From Tetramitus jugosus (taxonomy: Eukaryota; Protista; Heterolobosea): a stretch of 64,000 bases of DNA. The stretch's first letter is position 1. Every line of letters begins with the position of its first letter. Location: positions 310,001 to 374,000 of the forward strand of contig OW569354.1 of NCBI GenBank assembly GCA_937625935.1, in the 5' to 3' direction. A model generated the notes under the pieces. The model searched no databases. It was not told where the DNA came from and saw only the letters and a program-made list of their open reading frames with translations. This document shows, one piece after another, positions 34,842-48,006 of this stretch. Made by a program: the position numbers and the translations under genes.

Positions 34842-35627
34842 ATGAACATTCGCAGAGCAACAGTGGAAGATCTATTCGACATGCAGGATTGCAACTTGAG
34901 TTGCCTACCTGAAAATTATCAAATGAAATATTACATGTATCACATATTGAGTTGGCCACAGCTGTTGCATGTGACACAAGATCGTCCGAATCACTCTGTA
35001 GGTTACGTATTGGCCAAAATGGAAGACGACGCCCAAGCAGAGGATAAAACTCCGCATGGTCACATTACGAGCTTGGCCGTTTTGAGAAGTCATAGAAAAC
35101 TCCGATTGGCCAATCATTTGATGAAGCAGGCGCAGAGAGAGATGGAGAACACAAACAATGCTTCCTATGTTTCATTGCACGTCAGAAAGAGCAACAACAA
35201 TGCAAAGCATCTCTATCAGAGAACACTTGGATTCCAGATTCATAAACTCGAAGAAAAGTACTATGCAGATGATGAGGATGCACTCGATATGCGAAAGTAT
35301 TTGAAGGAGAGCGCTGCTATGGAGGCAGATAAGCAACAGAGTGCCACCACTGCTACTACTACTACTACTACTGCCGACAAGAAGACAAAGAGAAAGGCGC
35401 CACAAAAGAAACAGGTCAACGAGGGATCTAGATTGATGTTGTCTGCTTCATCAGAGGGTGCACCAGTCGGAGAGAATTTGCCCGATGTTCATGCTCTGTG
35501 TAAGGCTCTGGGACTGATTGATGAGAAGGAGGAGCAAGCGCGGTTGGCACAGAAGGCTGCTGTTGCTCATCAGAAGCCTCTCTCATCAGGTGCATCTAAG
35601 AAGAAGACGCAAGGAAAGAAAAAGTAA
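34842..35627 (+). CDS. NAA10: N-alpha-acetyltransferase 10 (ARD1)
   Basis: [37 protein letters not shown]...[15 protein letters not shown]...VSLHVRKSN. Confidence 0.95.
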   Translation: MNIRRATVEDLFDMQDCNLSCLPENYQMKYYMYHILSWPQLLHVTQDRPNHSVGYVLAKMEDDAQAEDKTPHGHITSLAVLRSHRKLRLANHLMKQAQREMENTNNASYVSLHVRKSNNNAKHLYQRTLGFQIHKLEEKYYADDEDALDMRKYLKESAAMEADKQQSATTATTTTTTADKKTKRKAPQKKQVNEGSRLMLSASSEGAPVGENLPDVHALCKALGLIDEKEEQARLAQKAAVAHQKPLSSGASKKKTQGKKK

Positions 35628-35931
35628 AACCTTTATATTACATATTATGATGTTATTGTTGATTTGTTTAGTACCTAGATTTTTTAGAATAGTTTGCTCA
35701 AACATCACATATGACATATCAGCTTAAAATAGGTCGTCTTGTCATTCTTTGACTATTGTGCCATCTTATTGCGAGTAATCTGCAAATTAGCAAAATCCTC
35801 TCGAATCCACTTGCAACCGTGTGGATGCCTACCAAATAAGAAGCCATGAGCTGGTTACAAAATTCATGACTACTAACTTCTACACAGAAAAATTTCAATT
35901 TCGACTCAGGCAGGTAGCTGGACCAGAGTCC

Positions 35932-38900
35932 TTACGATGGAGGTGGTCTCGTGTAGAAGAGCTTCTCTGGTTGAGGTTGAGGCTTGGGAGGAGGAGTAGT
36001 TTTGGGCGAAGGTTGTTGCGGCATGTTTTGCACAAGTGGTCGTTGTTGCTGTAGCTGAAAGTTGTTCCTCTTGGCTTCCATCACACCCGCTCGAATGGCG
36101 TCTAGTGCTACTTTAAATTGCTGAACCTCTCTAGTTTTTTCTTGCAAAGATACGTCATACTGTTGCTTTGCTAAATTGATCTCCACCTCGTGTTTATACT
36201 GTTGCTCGTTCAAATGTCGAACAAACTCCATTTCTTTCAATCGAAACTTACTCTCAACATCTTCAATACGGTTCAACAAGAATCTGAGTTGACGAATCCT
36301 TCTAGCTCGATCTACGTCTTCCTCTTCTTGTTCACCAATTTCCTCTTCGATTTTAAGAGCATCTTTCATAATTTGTGTTGATACTTTCTGTTCCAAAACT
36401 TGATCCTTCAATTTCTCTTGCAGCAGCTCTATCTGAGTAGTTAACCTCATGATTTCTTTCTGAAGATCCAAGACCAACTGTCCCTCAACTCTGTCCGGAG
36501 ACCTTGAGGGAAAAGAATTCACCTTGTCATTTAAAGTCTCCAAAGATATGTTCTTTTGTTTGATTTCTGTTTCAAGCAATTCAATCTTCCTTGAAAGAGA
36601 GTCAATAGTTGAGTTCTTATGCTGTACCTCTTTTTCCGTGTTTTCCATTTTCTTCGTAAGAGAGTCTATGATTTGTTTTGTTTCCTCAGAAGAAGGAGAG
36701 GATTTAATTGACGACTCTGTTCGTTTCAGTTGACTCTGCAATGACCGAATCTTTGCTTCAAGTTCGGATGATTTTTTGTGATGCATCGATCTTGCTTCAT
36801 CTAATTGAGTTTGTAATTCTTTGATTCTAGCAGCAGGTTTGGGCTGATTGTGATACTTACTTCGTAACAATTCAATGTCATCCTCCAGAGCTTGGATCTT
36901 TGTTTCATACTGAATCTTCATTCTCTTTCGTCGGTCAATGTCATCACTTAGAGCATCTTCTGCCTCTGAAAGCTTGCTCGACATTGCTTTCAATTGTTTT
37001 GTTAACAGAAGTATTTTCTCATTCTCCTCGGGTGAAGGTTTCGCAGCTCGAATTAGTTCGGGAAGGGAGTTGAAATCGTGGTTCTTATTCTTTATGTTCT
37101 CAACCATCTGCTCTAGTTCCTTAATTCTTTTAACATCCGCGGGACTTCGGGCTCCTTTCTTTTTTTCCTCTTTTCTTTGCTTCTTTTCCTCTTCCAGACT
37201 TTCCATCTGTTCTCGCAGAGTTTGGATCGTTTTTCGTTGCTCGAGGATGATATCTTCGTCCTTATCAACGATCTGTTGATTCTGCACAAACCACATTACC
37301 TTTTCCTCCAATTCTCTTACCTGATGAATATGATTGCGTTCCATCTCCCTTAACTGATCTTCGAGCATTCGCAACATTTTATTCTCTTCTCTATTTCGTT
37401 CATTCGTAGCAATTGATAACTTTTTCTCCAAATCTTGGCGAAGTTTCTTTTCGACTTGAACATCATTTTTCAGCTCTATCTCCCTTTCCTGTGCCAACTG
37501 TTGCTGATTTTGTAGTTTAATCTCCAATTCTGTGATGTGGTGCCTCATCTGATTCTCTTCTCGGTTCGAGTTTGATGAGATTTGCGATCCAGAATTGATT
37601 AGATGTCTCTTTGAGTTCGAGCTAGTTTGTCTTAATTCTTTGAGTTCTTTCTCGTTTTCTCTGAGCTGATTAACTAATCTCTTGTTGTCCTCTTGGGTAG
37701 CAAGAAGAATCTTTTCCTGGTCATCAAAATCTTTCTTGAGACAATCAATATCTTTTTCATCAACAATACCCGACTTTAACTTCTCCTTGACATCTGTTGC
37801 TCGAACATTCCGAAGTTTATCTGCAAGGTGGGTATTCTCTTCAGATAAATCGTGGACCCGAGATAGTAGAGACTCTCTTTCATCCTGAAATAGTATTAAC
37901 TGCTTACGAGCTTCTGTTTCTCTTTGAAGAGCGTCATTCATCCTCTCCTCAAATTCTTTTCTTTCTTGCTTAAATATCTCGACACGATTTTCGTACTCCC
38001 GTTTCATCTCGGATATTAAGGTTGAAGACTTGGCCTCAATTTCATTTCGATCCATCTTTTGGTTTTGAATCATTTGAATCTGTTCCAAATATCGCTGATT
38101 ATCCTCGTGGTGCAAATTAATTTCCTTTTCTAGTTGTCTTTGGGTATCTTCAAGTTCCTTAGAAACTCTTCCAAATTCCTCTGTTAAATCTGACAATTGT
38201 TCTTTAAGTTGTTGATTGGCTTGTTTGAAATGTTCGGACTCGATTGTCAATCTTTCTATTTCTTCTCTTCTAGCTGTAGCTCCCATCTCAAGATTGACCA
38301 CTTGAGTCGAGAGTGACACGTTTTGAGTAGTCATCTTATTCCAATGCTCTCTATCAACAATTTTCTTATCTCGTGACTGAGCGAATTCTTCGAGATCCTT
38401 CTCAGTTAAATCATCTATGATAGCTTTAGGTCTCACTTTTCCGATTGTTTTTGTTAAATTTTCATCAAATTGACTACTAGTACTCCCTGAATACTCTTCA
38501 AAATCTTCAAAATCTGCATCGTCCATGGAGTCAGTTTTGTTGTTCTCCAAATTATCAAAGAATTTTCTCTTGTCATTCTCCTCTTCGTCTTCATGATAGA
38601 GAAGAGAACTAAGTCTCGATTCAGTCATCTCTGGTGGATATTCGGAGGGATTACGATCGTTATAGAGCTCATTATCTTCATTTTTGTGGATCATTTTCTG
38701 TCTCATTGTCAGTGTCGGATCAGAGTCGCTAAGCCTCATACTGAAATGCCCAGTATCACTAAATGGGTGAAGCATGACACCTACATCTGTTTCTTGAATA
38801 GATTCTTGCAATGCATCTTTCTGCAGAGATTTAGAGCGCAAAGCAGCTCTCTCCTTTAAATTCTTCACGAACCTGTTTCCTTGTACAGCCACTGAAATAG

Positions 38901-39078
38901 CATTCCTAGAGTTGAGGCGAGAATGGGCATTGGTGGTGCTTGGCACTTCTCTGTGAGGAGCATTGCTATTGATGGACACTGAGTCATCTGAGTCAGACTC
39001 GGCCATAAACTCCTCGAACCCCTCGTCATCCAGATCAAAATCATCACTGTCGTCATTTGCTTTTTTGAATGTTCTCAT
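35932..39078 (-). CDS. CEP162: Centrosomal/basal-body protein CEP162-like
   Basis: Coiled coil with WFVQNQQIVDKD, KRIKELEQ..NSLPELIRAA and C-terminal KTREVQQFKVALDAI blocks resembling CEP162. Confidence 0.7.
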   Translation of the reverse strand: MRTFKKANDDSDDFDLDDEGFEEFMAESDSDDSVSINSNAPHREVPSTTNAHSRLNSRNAISVAVQGNRFVKNLKERAALRSKSLQKDALQESIQETDVGVMLHPFSDTGHFSMRLSDSDPTLTMRQKMIHKNEDNELYNDRNPSEYPPEMTESRLSSLLYHEDEEENDKRKFFDNLENNKTDSMDDADFEDFEEYSGSTSSQFDENLTKTIGKVRPKAIIDDLTEKDLEEFAQSRDKKIVDREHWNKMTTQNVSLSTQVVNLEMGATARREEIERLTIESEHFKQANQQLKEQLSDLTEEFGRVSKELEDTQRQLEKEINLHHEDNQRYLEQIQMIQNQKMDRNEIEAKSSTLISEMKREYENRVEIFKQERKEFEERMNDALQRETEARKQLILFQDERESLLSRVHDLSEENTHLADKLRNVRATDVKEKLKSGIVDEKDIDCLKKDFDDQEKILLATQEDNKRLVNQLRENEKELKELRQTSSNSKRHLINSGSQISSNSNREENQMRHHITELEIKLQNQQQLAQEREIELKNDVQVEKKLRQDLEKKLSIATNERNREENKMLRMLEDQLREMERNHIHQVRELEEKVMWFVQNQQIVDKDEDIILEQRKTIQTLREQMESLEEEKKQRKEEKKKGARSPADVKRIKELEQMVENIKNKNHDFNSLPELIRAAKPSPEENEKILLLTKQLKAMSSKLSEAEDALSDDIDRRKRMKIQYETKIQALEDDIELLRSKYHNQPKPAARIKELQTQLDEARSMHHKKSSELEAKIRSLQSQLKRTESSIKSSPSSEETKQIIDSLTKKMENTEKEVQHKNSTIDSLSRKIELLETEIKQKNISLETLNDKVNSFPSRSPDRVEGQLVLDLQKEIMRLTTQIELLQEKLKDQVLEQKVSTQIMKDALKIEEEIGEQEEEDVDRARRIRQLRFLLNRIEDVESKFRLKEMEFVRHLNEQQYKHEVEINLAKQQYDVSLQEKTREVQQFKVALDAIRAGVMEAKRNNFQLQQQRPLVQNMPQQPSPKTTPPPKPQPQPEKLFYTRPPPS

Positions 39079-39849
39079 AGAGCCGAATCGTAGCAAATTA
39101 ACTTTTTGTCATATGAGCCCAAATTCAGAGAAGAGACAGTTCGTTTTGCTCTATTTTTCCGTAATAAAAGCGGGTGAAATTATCGGGCAAAATTTTTTGT
39201 GTGGAAAGAAAAACAACAAGAATTCTTCCTTTTGATAGATAAAAATGTTCAAAACAACAAGGACGCTGATGAGCGGTTTGGTCTGGAAACAAAACGCTTG
39301 GGGAGCAACTAGAAAGCGTAATGCCAAAGATTTGAGGAAGAGAATTGAGTCTGTTGAGGTATGATAATAATTTGAGCATTTGCTTGACAAAGATGTGCAA
39401 GCTAGGTGTGTGATTTTCACATTATCAAATGCTGCTTGATGCAATCTTGTTTGATCGCAAGCTTTCGTTTCGTTTCGTTTCATGCATTTGCTAACATTTT
39501 TTTTTGTGTTTGTTTTGTCGAAACCACATCACATAGGCTTCATTAAAAATTCCATATACCCAAATGCAATCAAGCACTTCATCCGCTCCAAAGCAAACTG
39601 TTTCAATTGATCAAGTGGCTTTGGACTTTAAGAATATCCTTAATGTTGCAAACAAGTCTGCTACATCCAAAATGTAATGCATCGAATGAACGTGGAACAA
39701 CCAACAACAAATAAAAACTCTCTGATTTATTAAACATCTAACCACTAAAATTTTAATCACTAGGTTGTTTCAGGGTAATTGACTTTGAGTATCTTTTGGC
39801 GCCAAAAAGCTTCTACGATAAAGTTGGATTCCAAACAAGAAACGGAACA

Positions 39850-42800
39850 ATGGATGATTTGAGTTATGGTGAAGAGGAACGAACAGTCGAGGAGATTCAT
39901 ATCTCAGTGAGAAGAGCTGTGGAGGATGACAAGCTCGCTATCAGGGCTCTAATTAGTGATGAGTCATTTCTTTTGAGCAAAAGTTTTGGTGAATTCAATG
40001 TGGATTCCTTAATTGAAGATACTCTACTAAGTGTCGTAGCTTTGGATGAAGAGAACAACGCCGTGGGTTTTGTAGCGTTTGATTGTTCTCCCTCTAGGAG
40101 TTCATCTGTCTCGTCGGAGGACAACAAGTTTGAACAGTTCTTACAGTTCAACAACATCAATGCAAAGAACAGTATCTGGATGACATTTTTCAAAGCAGAG
40201 TCAATTGTTAATGACCTGGTTCGCGATCAAGTATTTCAAACCCTGTTTTCTACCTATCCTCAGATCGATTACATCCTGTACAAGCCAATCCGAGGAGGGT
40301 CGATCAATGTTTTCCCTCTATTCGACAGTGATCACACAGAGAAGTGCTTCTTGAAGAAGGAAAGCAATGGACAAGTTATCTTTTATTGTGAAAGAGAATT
40401 ATATAGCCCAAAATTGAAGATTAGATTGGGTAAAGTGGAGGATAACGACGACTTAGGTCCGCTATTTGAGAGTTCGACAAATTTAACGTCTGTCGAGACA
40501 GAAGGAGAATTCTTTATTGCTGATTTACTTCACAACCAAAATGATAGAAACAAAGTATTAGTGGCAATGGTGAGTAGTCTTGAAGATGTTAACATAACAT
40601 GAGCTAGAGATTGACTTGTTTCGTTGTGTAGATGGATGAAAAAATTGTTGGACTAATGGCGCTGAGCAGAGCAGATTATGATATTCACGAGTTGATGACT
40701 GGATTTAATATAGGAGATTATGACGATTTCTTTTCCGAGGTTAGTGGAGAGGATTATGAAGTTAATAGCTTTGAAATATCAATATACTTCATAAAGCCCG
40801 AGTTTGAAGATAGGAGTATTGACTTTGTGAGAACAGCATTTGAAATCTTCCCTAAGATTCCCTACTGTTCCCTACGTCTTTCATTTTCAAACCAAAACCA
40901 TCCTATTCTCGAGCAGTTCATAAGCATCGATCCAACGGATGAATGTCGAAGGTATGTATTACATTCTTGAATATCCAATCAGAAGGCATCCTTAAATTTT
41001 TTGTTAGCTCTGAATCGTTGTATGTATTACCCAAAGCTGCTTTTGTGAGTCGACCATTTGTTGTTGAGGCTACTCAAGCAACAGAGTTGGAGAATATTTT
41101 GACAACCATGAGAGAGAATGAATTTTCGCAACAGTTTATATCATCGGTGATGTTGAGTTACACACCAAATCAAAGTATAACAACAATGTTGATGTTCGAT
41201 TTTAACTCAAAAGAAGAACAGGAAATTATCGGTATTTGCGTTTTGGATCATAAGGTCTCTGAACTATTGCTGAGACGGCACTATGAGATTGACAATTTCA
41301 TCCAGTATCAATCTTACATGTCAAAAGAAAAGCAACGAGCTATGATACAACATATGTATATTGATCCAAAACACTACAAGCAAGTAAATACGTTTATGCG
41401 AGAGCTTATGAGAAGGTTGGGCAAATCTATTTTGTATTATGGTATTAAGCCAGAGGAAACACCTGATATGGTGCTCAACAAGGAGTTAATACGATTGAAA
41501 GCAAGAAGACAGATTGATGCTGTGTGGGAGCAATATGGGGATCCGCTCGAAGACGAGAATCCCAATTCACGACCTTCTTCAAGAATAGGAAATATTATTA
41601 ACGAATATGAGTCTGCATATTTTATCAATAGAAGATACTTAAGTGAACCTAAGACCGAAATTCAATCTAGAATTGTTGTCATTGGTGCTTCACGGACGGG
41701 CTTAAGCTTTGTTCGAAGTTTAACGATGGTATGTCCAACAGGTCAGTCTGGTGTGATGCGACTTCAAATTTTCAAGAGCTAACTGTTTGTGTAGTATCAT
41801 AATCTCTTTTTTAATAACATAACTCTCATTGCTCCTGATGATTTTGATCAACTTCCGAGCTTCCTGTCGAACACGATCAAATCAGAGTTCGAGGATCACG
41901 ATCTCTGGAACTTAACTCGGATGCCAAATGTAAGATATATTCAAGATAGATTAGAGGACATTGATAGACAGGGAAAGAGGGCAATATGCTCTGCAGAAGT
42001 CGTAGTTCCTTTCGATATCTTATTGTTGGCCACGAGTCGGCAGTATAAAATTGACAAGGAGTTCACCGAGAAGGAATCCTTCCCTGAGAATGGAATAATC
42101 AATTTAAATGATAATGATTCATCGATTGAACTTCTCAGGGAATATATAGAAGAGTTTGTGGATGACTCTTCTTGTATCATGGTGTATGGTTCTTCTCTAG
42201 AAGCTTTTGGTACGGTATACGCGATAATCCATGAATTAAATGTTCATCCATCCAGGGTGTTAATGATATTCCCGGATGGCAATGAAGCAACATTTACAGA
42301 TTTAACAATAATATCAATGATAGAATTGTTACTTCAATCGACTGGAATTCAATTCTATTCTCATTATATTCTCCAAGATTTTGTCAAAGATGAATTTGGA
42401 AACTTACAACGCGTTTACCTGATGCCAACAGAGAATGATAACCGAAAGAAACTGTTAGAAGTTCCATGTTCTCTGTTCATCAATGCCTGTATGAGAGATA
42501 TTGATGATGACATGTTGGCGACTATTAATCGAGAATCTTTGGTATTTGATGGAAGATTGATCGTAGATCCCAATTTTCAAACTACTGATCCGGCGATCTA
42601 TGCTGCAGGCCCAATAACTAAATTTTCTCGAAGATTTGGAACCTCTTTGCCTGTTGAGAATTATAACTCGACAGAGATAGGATCGCTCACAGCTGTTGCA
42701 CTGCTAAAGAATATGGGTATTACTCAGCCGATTGAACAAAAATCCTCAAAAATCCAGCTTCCTCAATTTAGGAAGAAGTTGTCTGTCAGGTGTCCTCTGC

Positions 42801-43378
42801 CAACTGGACAATATTTCTTCAAGCTTAATACTACTGAATTTGTACCGGCCGAATGTCAACAGTTCTTCACTAATACTTTCGGAAAAACCAATTCAGAAAA
42901 AGGCCAGCACTATGTTTCATTGTACATCCATAGGTTGACTGGCAGGTTAGATTGTCTTTGTTACTATGGAGATGAAACTATCGAACAAGATAATTACAGT
43001 AGTCTTGTTGGATTGCCCGCTACCTACTTTAACAATCTTGTTGACAGACATCGAGATGGACTAATTTCGGATTTTATCGAATACTTACGAGAGAATTGGA
43101 TTTATGCTCTGTACTGCGATAGGTTCGAGCAGTTCAGAGAAAAATTGAACAAACAACTTTCTGCCAGCAAAGAAATAGAGAACATTGCGAAATTGATGAT
43201 TAGAGGTGCTTACAGAAGTGGAGTGGATCTTGTGGATGCGAATCACTTACAAAACCTCCCAAGCATAGTTTCAACGGAGACAAAGAGATATGTAGAGGGA
43301 GAACTCATGCAATTCTTGGAGAAACATCAAACGTTGCTCAACAATATTCCACTAATTTACTTTTTACCTGAAACATAA
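39850..43378 (+). CDS. CFAP61: Cilia- and flagella-associated protein 61; introns 40570-40631, 40952-41007, 41729-41794
   Basis: Four ORF pieces join in frame by GT-AG introns. Motifs include KVEDNDDLGPLF, RIVVIGASRTGLSF, LVFDGRLIVDPNFQTTDPAIYAAGPITKFSRR and LYCDRF. Confidence 0.9.
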
Positions 43379-43398
43379 AACAAAACTTTCTGCACAAG

Positions 43399-46300
43399 TT
43401 AATTCGCATTAGCAGATCCAAAGCACTGCTCATACAACTTTTCAAGCTCAAATATGTCAATCTCAGATGAATATTTGCCTCTGTTTGGTTCCAAATTAAG
43501 CAGATGTCTGAATTGAGTAATTTCCTTCCTCAATCTATCCTTACCACTCTTTGTTTTGACTTTGTTCCGCAGTCCTTCGATTAAGTTCTTCAGCTTGTCA
43601 AAGAACATGCGAATTATGTTTGTCAAGTAATCAATCTGGTCTTTCTGATGAGTGCCGAGGAATTGTTCAGAAATTTTGAGCAGATATGCTAAGTCTCGAG
43701 CAACACCATGTATTGGAGTTTTTTGATCTGGAGCCACAACATCCCATGGAAATTTTACACCCGCTTGTGTTTGGTCCTTTACTCTGTCCTGCATGAGTGC
43801 GTAGATTTTGTTCTTCAACTCGTCTTGATGAGATTTTAATGTTCTCAAAAGATCATCAAACTTCAACAGTCTCTTCTGTGCACCCTCGAGCTTTGATTCT
43901 AGTTTCTTGAGCAGATGAGGTACTAAATAAATTAAAGTATGAAGACACTCAGATGCCAATAAGATATGTTTGGCTGTAATACTCGTGAGTTGTGTTACCT
44001 CATTCACAGCCTTTGCGTTCAATACTAGATTTCTCGTTCGGCTGTTAAATTCTACCAAGAGTTTGTGAACTCCTTGACTCAATTCAAAGCCACTGATAAA
44101 GTTATAGTCTGACGACACCATCTCCATGTACTCATTAATTATTTTTACCAGCATCAAAAAGCTCCAACATGTAGGGAACTTATGACCATCTAACATCAAG
44201 AATTTTACATCAGCTTCTTCGTCAGTTGTATTCTCATTGACTGTTCCTGATTCGGAAGTTAAGGAAAGCAGAGAAGCTTGAAATTCAGGAGCGACAGTTT
44301 CAATCGGTACCCACTTCTCCTTATCAAGAACATCTCTCAACACTTCCAACTTTTGAGACTTGAACTCATCAAGATAAATTTGTCCTTGTTGAATCAACGT
44401 GCCCCTCAATGTACTAATCTTCTTTCCCAAAAGTTGTTCACATTTTTCAATAAACTCGAATGCCTTGGTCATATATTGTACAATTTCCTTCTTTCTCATC
44501 CTTTTGATTTCATTGTTGCGGAATGTGAATATGGTGGAGCATCGCGTATGACATACTTCACAAACATTCTCAAACACCTTCTCAATCTCAGCCTTCAAAT
44601 TGCTTTGTCTCACATTATTTACAAACTTTGTGTTATCGCTTTCCTCACAAAACTGTGTGATAATATCGCTCACATAACTGGTCTTCACTATGATTGAATA
44701 GAGGGCTTCAAATATATCGGACACCTATACACATATGAAACGCAATGGGTCAGTCCCGCTCACGAACGAACGAATACAAAATAATTGAGAGTAGTACATA
44801 CCACACGTAAGAAGTTGTCATGTGAAATTGATGTTAATTGTTGAATGTTGTTGGGACTAAGATTCAGGTTAGATGCATTCTTTTTCAACTTTTGAACATC
44901 GGCATTGTCCATTTTGAATTTTGGTTGTTCCATTCGTCCTAATGACTTTTCAAGTGTTTCTTTCGTGATTTCTTTGGCATATCGAATCAACTCCTCTCTA
45001 AAAGTTTGTAACGCTGGTTGAATATAATTCATTCGAGCCAATCCATGTATCACTGGCATCAAATGAAGATAGAACTGTGTATTCTCAATCTTTTCCGATG
45101 ATTTCAACTCTTCAATATCTGATTCCACTGTTATCAAAATAAACTCTTGTTGCATCTTCGTCTCCATCGATTTCAACTCCTCCTTCAATTGTTGTGACAA
45201 ACTGCGGAAACAACTCAATCCTGACAGATCGCTCTTCAAAATCAGTTGCGTTTCCTCAATTAAATCAATTGCAGACACATAATCCGATCTAGACACTAAC
45301 AATTGTAGATTGTTCACACTCTGATAGACTGAAGACACAGAATCCATCAATTTGGACAATTGTATCAAATTACTTCGCTTTCTCATTAGTTTTGTGATTG
45401 AGAGAGGGCGCCTTACGGAAATGTCTTGCAAATCGTGAATTTTCTTTCTCAAATTTCGTACATAGGGCAATCCTGCACACAATTGATCATTTAGATCATT
45501 GTACTGCATCAAGGCATCAAATATGCCAGTAGATCGATAAGTCACTTGTCTCAGTAACAAAATTTCAACCTCATCCAAATAGTGAGCTAACTTTTCTTGC
45601 AAGAGCAATGAAGCGGCCATGGCATCCTTTTGAAACACTTGATCAAAAATGTCTGCATTTGCCAAATTGAAATCTTCGTGGAAAAACACTTCAGGAACAC
45701 CCTTCTCCATGGTAACAACCTTGTATGGATCAACTATGAAATGATTTCAATACGATACGATTAATGAATTCATGAACGATAAGATAACTAAAATGACAAA
45801 ACAGTAGCATCGCACAACATACTCTTTTGTTTCGGTTGTTGCTTATCAACATGAATACTCTTTCTAGCCTCCTCTAGCGAAGCATAAATTGGTGAGATAT
45901 CATGTACATAACGAGAAAAATGAGAACTAGAGTAAGCTCTTGGCTCTGTGATCGTCACGACGCCACTCGTTGCCTTCATCGTATCCAAATCACTCAAAAA
46001 TGCATCATTAACAACTACTTTTGTACCTCCATCAGAACGATTCGTTGTCGCACCACCATTCAATACTTTTGAGCCAGCGGTAGAAATGGCAGAAGTCACA
46101 GAAGAACCAAGAGACAACAACAAGTGTTGTTGTTGCTGTAATTCCTGTTGTTTCATTTGTTCCGATGTAGAATCAGTGAACCACCAATCAGCTACAGCAT
46201 TCAATATGCTTGTGTCCTGCATTGTTAATATTGTTGTTGTTGTTGTAAACAAAAAAAAGGAATTGTAAACATCTGCGAACAAAAACCAACAAAATGAGTC

Positions 46301-46521
46301 ATCAAAAAAATGCATCAATCATTGCATGACAATCATACCTCTCTCGGATCGTTCAATACAGCAGACAAATTCTGACTCATAGAGTGCAAATCCATCATCC
46401 TATACTTTTCCAACAAATTCTCTCTTGTTTTTCTCTCAGCAGCAGCATTGGAGGCAGAAGGGGTGTTTGGGGATCGTTGCTTTTGATGGTCTTGCTTCAG
46501 CTCATCAACACTTTTCATCAT
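43399..46521 (-). CDS. VPS54: GARP complex subunit VPS54 (multi-exon, boundaries approximate)
   Basis: QNLSAVLNDPR, VPEVFFHEDFNL, LQEKLAHYLDEVE, LDKEKW, FNSRTRNLVL.A and LTSITAKHILLAS across four ORF pieces separated by short introns. Confidence 0.88.
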
Positions 46522-46800
46522 GGTTTTTCGCTCGCTTTTTTTCTCCGTCTGTGGTCAAAAAATAGTTCAGTCTCTTTTTTTTCTTGGTTCCAATTTGAGT
46601 GGTTGAATGTTCAATGAAGCACAAAGACTGGGACATTACGACAGGTTCTTCGGTGGCGAGATGAACTTTCATTGTAGGATCAGGGCGAAGGACCATTACC
46701 TTTAGGTGGGATATTTAAGCCTACAGAGGATTCTCAACCTTACCAAACCAGACTACAAAACCAACAAAGAGAACATAAAGAACTTCAAAAACGAAAAAAG

Positions 46801-48006
46801 ATGAACCACGAACACGAATGCAGAGAAGACAACTTGTGTGCCCTTGTGACTCTACTGGCGAGATTCCGATCTGAGAAAGGGAATCCCTCCGAACCAGCAC
46901 AATGGAAATTGTACATTGCTCCGAGTAACAATGTTGAGCAACCACAGAGTTTGACATCCAAAGCTCAATCCTTGCAACTCCTGGAAAATTCCTTCCTTCA
47001 AAAGTCCAGGGACAGAATTCAGAGAGAATTGCAAACTTTTCAAGTTAAAATGACTGAGAGAGGTGAGGGAGACCACACATTGATTGTATCATTGGTTCAA
47101 TGCCAAGATGATCACAAGGTGCTCTCCAATTCAGATGTTCAGTCCGTTTTGAAGAAGATATCGGAGGAGATTGAGTCCAATATTGTCTTTGATTACGCTG
47201 GACAGGTCAAACAAGTATTGAAGGCTGGTACTGATATTCTGTTGACCTTGTGTCCTTACTTGGATGCATCAGAACTGCAACAAATCCAGATTGACCCGAT
47301 CGTGGTCTCTGGTTTGGAAGACTTGGTCCCTTATGAGATTGATTTTATGGGAAGTGCTAGAATGATCATCTACCCGGATGCTAATTTATTCTCAAATGAT
47401 CATTTGGAGTATATTAGAAAGAAAACATGCGACAATGAGTTGTGGTGCGGTGCTTCTATCAGAACTAAAACCTTGGTGTCTTACAGATATGAATGCTTGT
47501 TTAATATCTTGCACGAAATGGTCCATTGCGTTCAAACGTCTTTGAAACAGTCAGATAGCACTGCATGGATTCTGGAGCATGACGCATGTAGATTGGCGTT
47601 GTGTTTAATGAATGCAATTTCTCAGAAGAACGAGGTGAGAAATCTATTTCCTCCAGGTAAAGAAGAGGAAGCAATCCTCTATGTATCTGATCTAGTAGAC
47701 GCTGCTCATCGAGTTGGGGTTAGTAAGGAGCAGAATGAAGGATACCTACAATGGAGAGAATCATTCGGGCTTGTACCTCCCGTTCCTGGAGATGCCTTTG
47801 ACTTTGCTAATGACAACATTGCAGTTGCAGACTACTTCAAGTATCGTGTTGGATTGGAAGCCTACTTCCTCCTACAAAAGCAAAACAAGTGCACTGAAAC
47901 TATGATTCACACTTGTTTCAAAAACAGAACAGGTAACTTGGCAGATCAGCAATTGTTGGTACCAAGGGAAGTTCATATCTCAGAAGCAGAAAACTTATTT
48001 ATTTAA
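46801..48006 (+). CDS. Hypothetical protein with HEXXH zinc-metallopeptidase-like motif
   Basis: 401 aa ORF; ILHEMVHCVQ is followed by LEHDA as a possible third ligand. Confidence 0.6.
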   Translation: MNHEHECREDNLCALVTLLARFRSEKGNPSEPAQWKLYIAPSNNVEQPQSLTSKAQSLQLLENSFLQKSRDRIQRELQTFQVKMTERGEGDHTLIVSLVQCQDDHKVLSNSDVQSVLKKISEEIESNIVFDYAGQVKQVLKAGTDILLTLCPYLDASELQQIQIDPIVVSGLEDLVPYEIDFMGSARMIIYPDANLFSNDHLEYIRKKTCDNELWCGASIRTKTLVSYRYECLFNILHEMVHCVQTSLKQSDSTAWILEHDACRLALCLMNAISQKNEVRNLFPPGKEEEAILYVSDLVDAAHRVGVSKEQNEGYLQWRESFGLVPPVPGDAFDFANDNIAVADYFKYRVGLEAYFLLQKQNKCTETMIHTCFKNRTGNLADQQLLVPREVHISEAENLFI

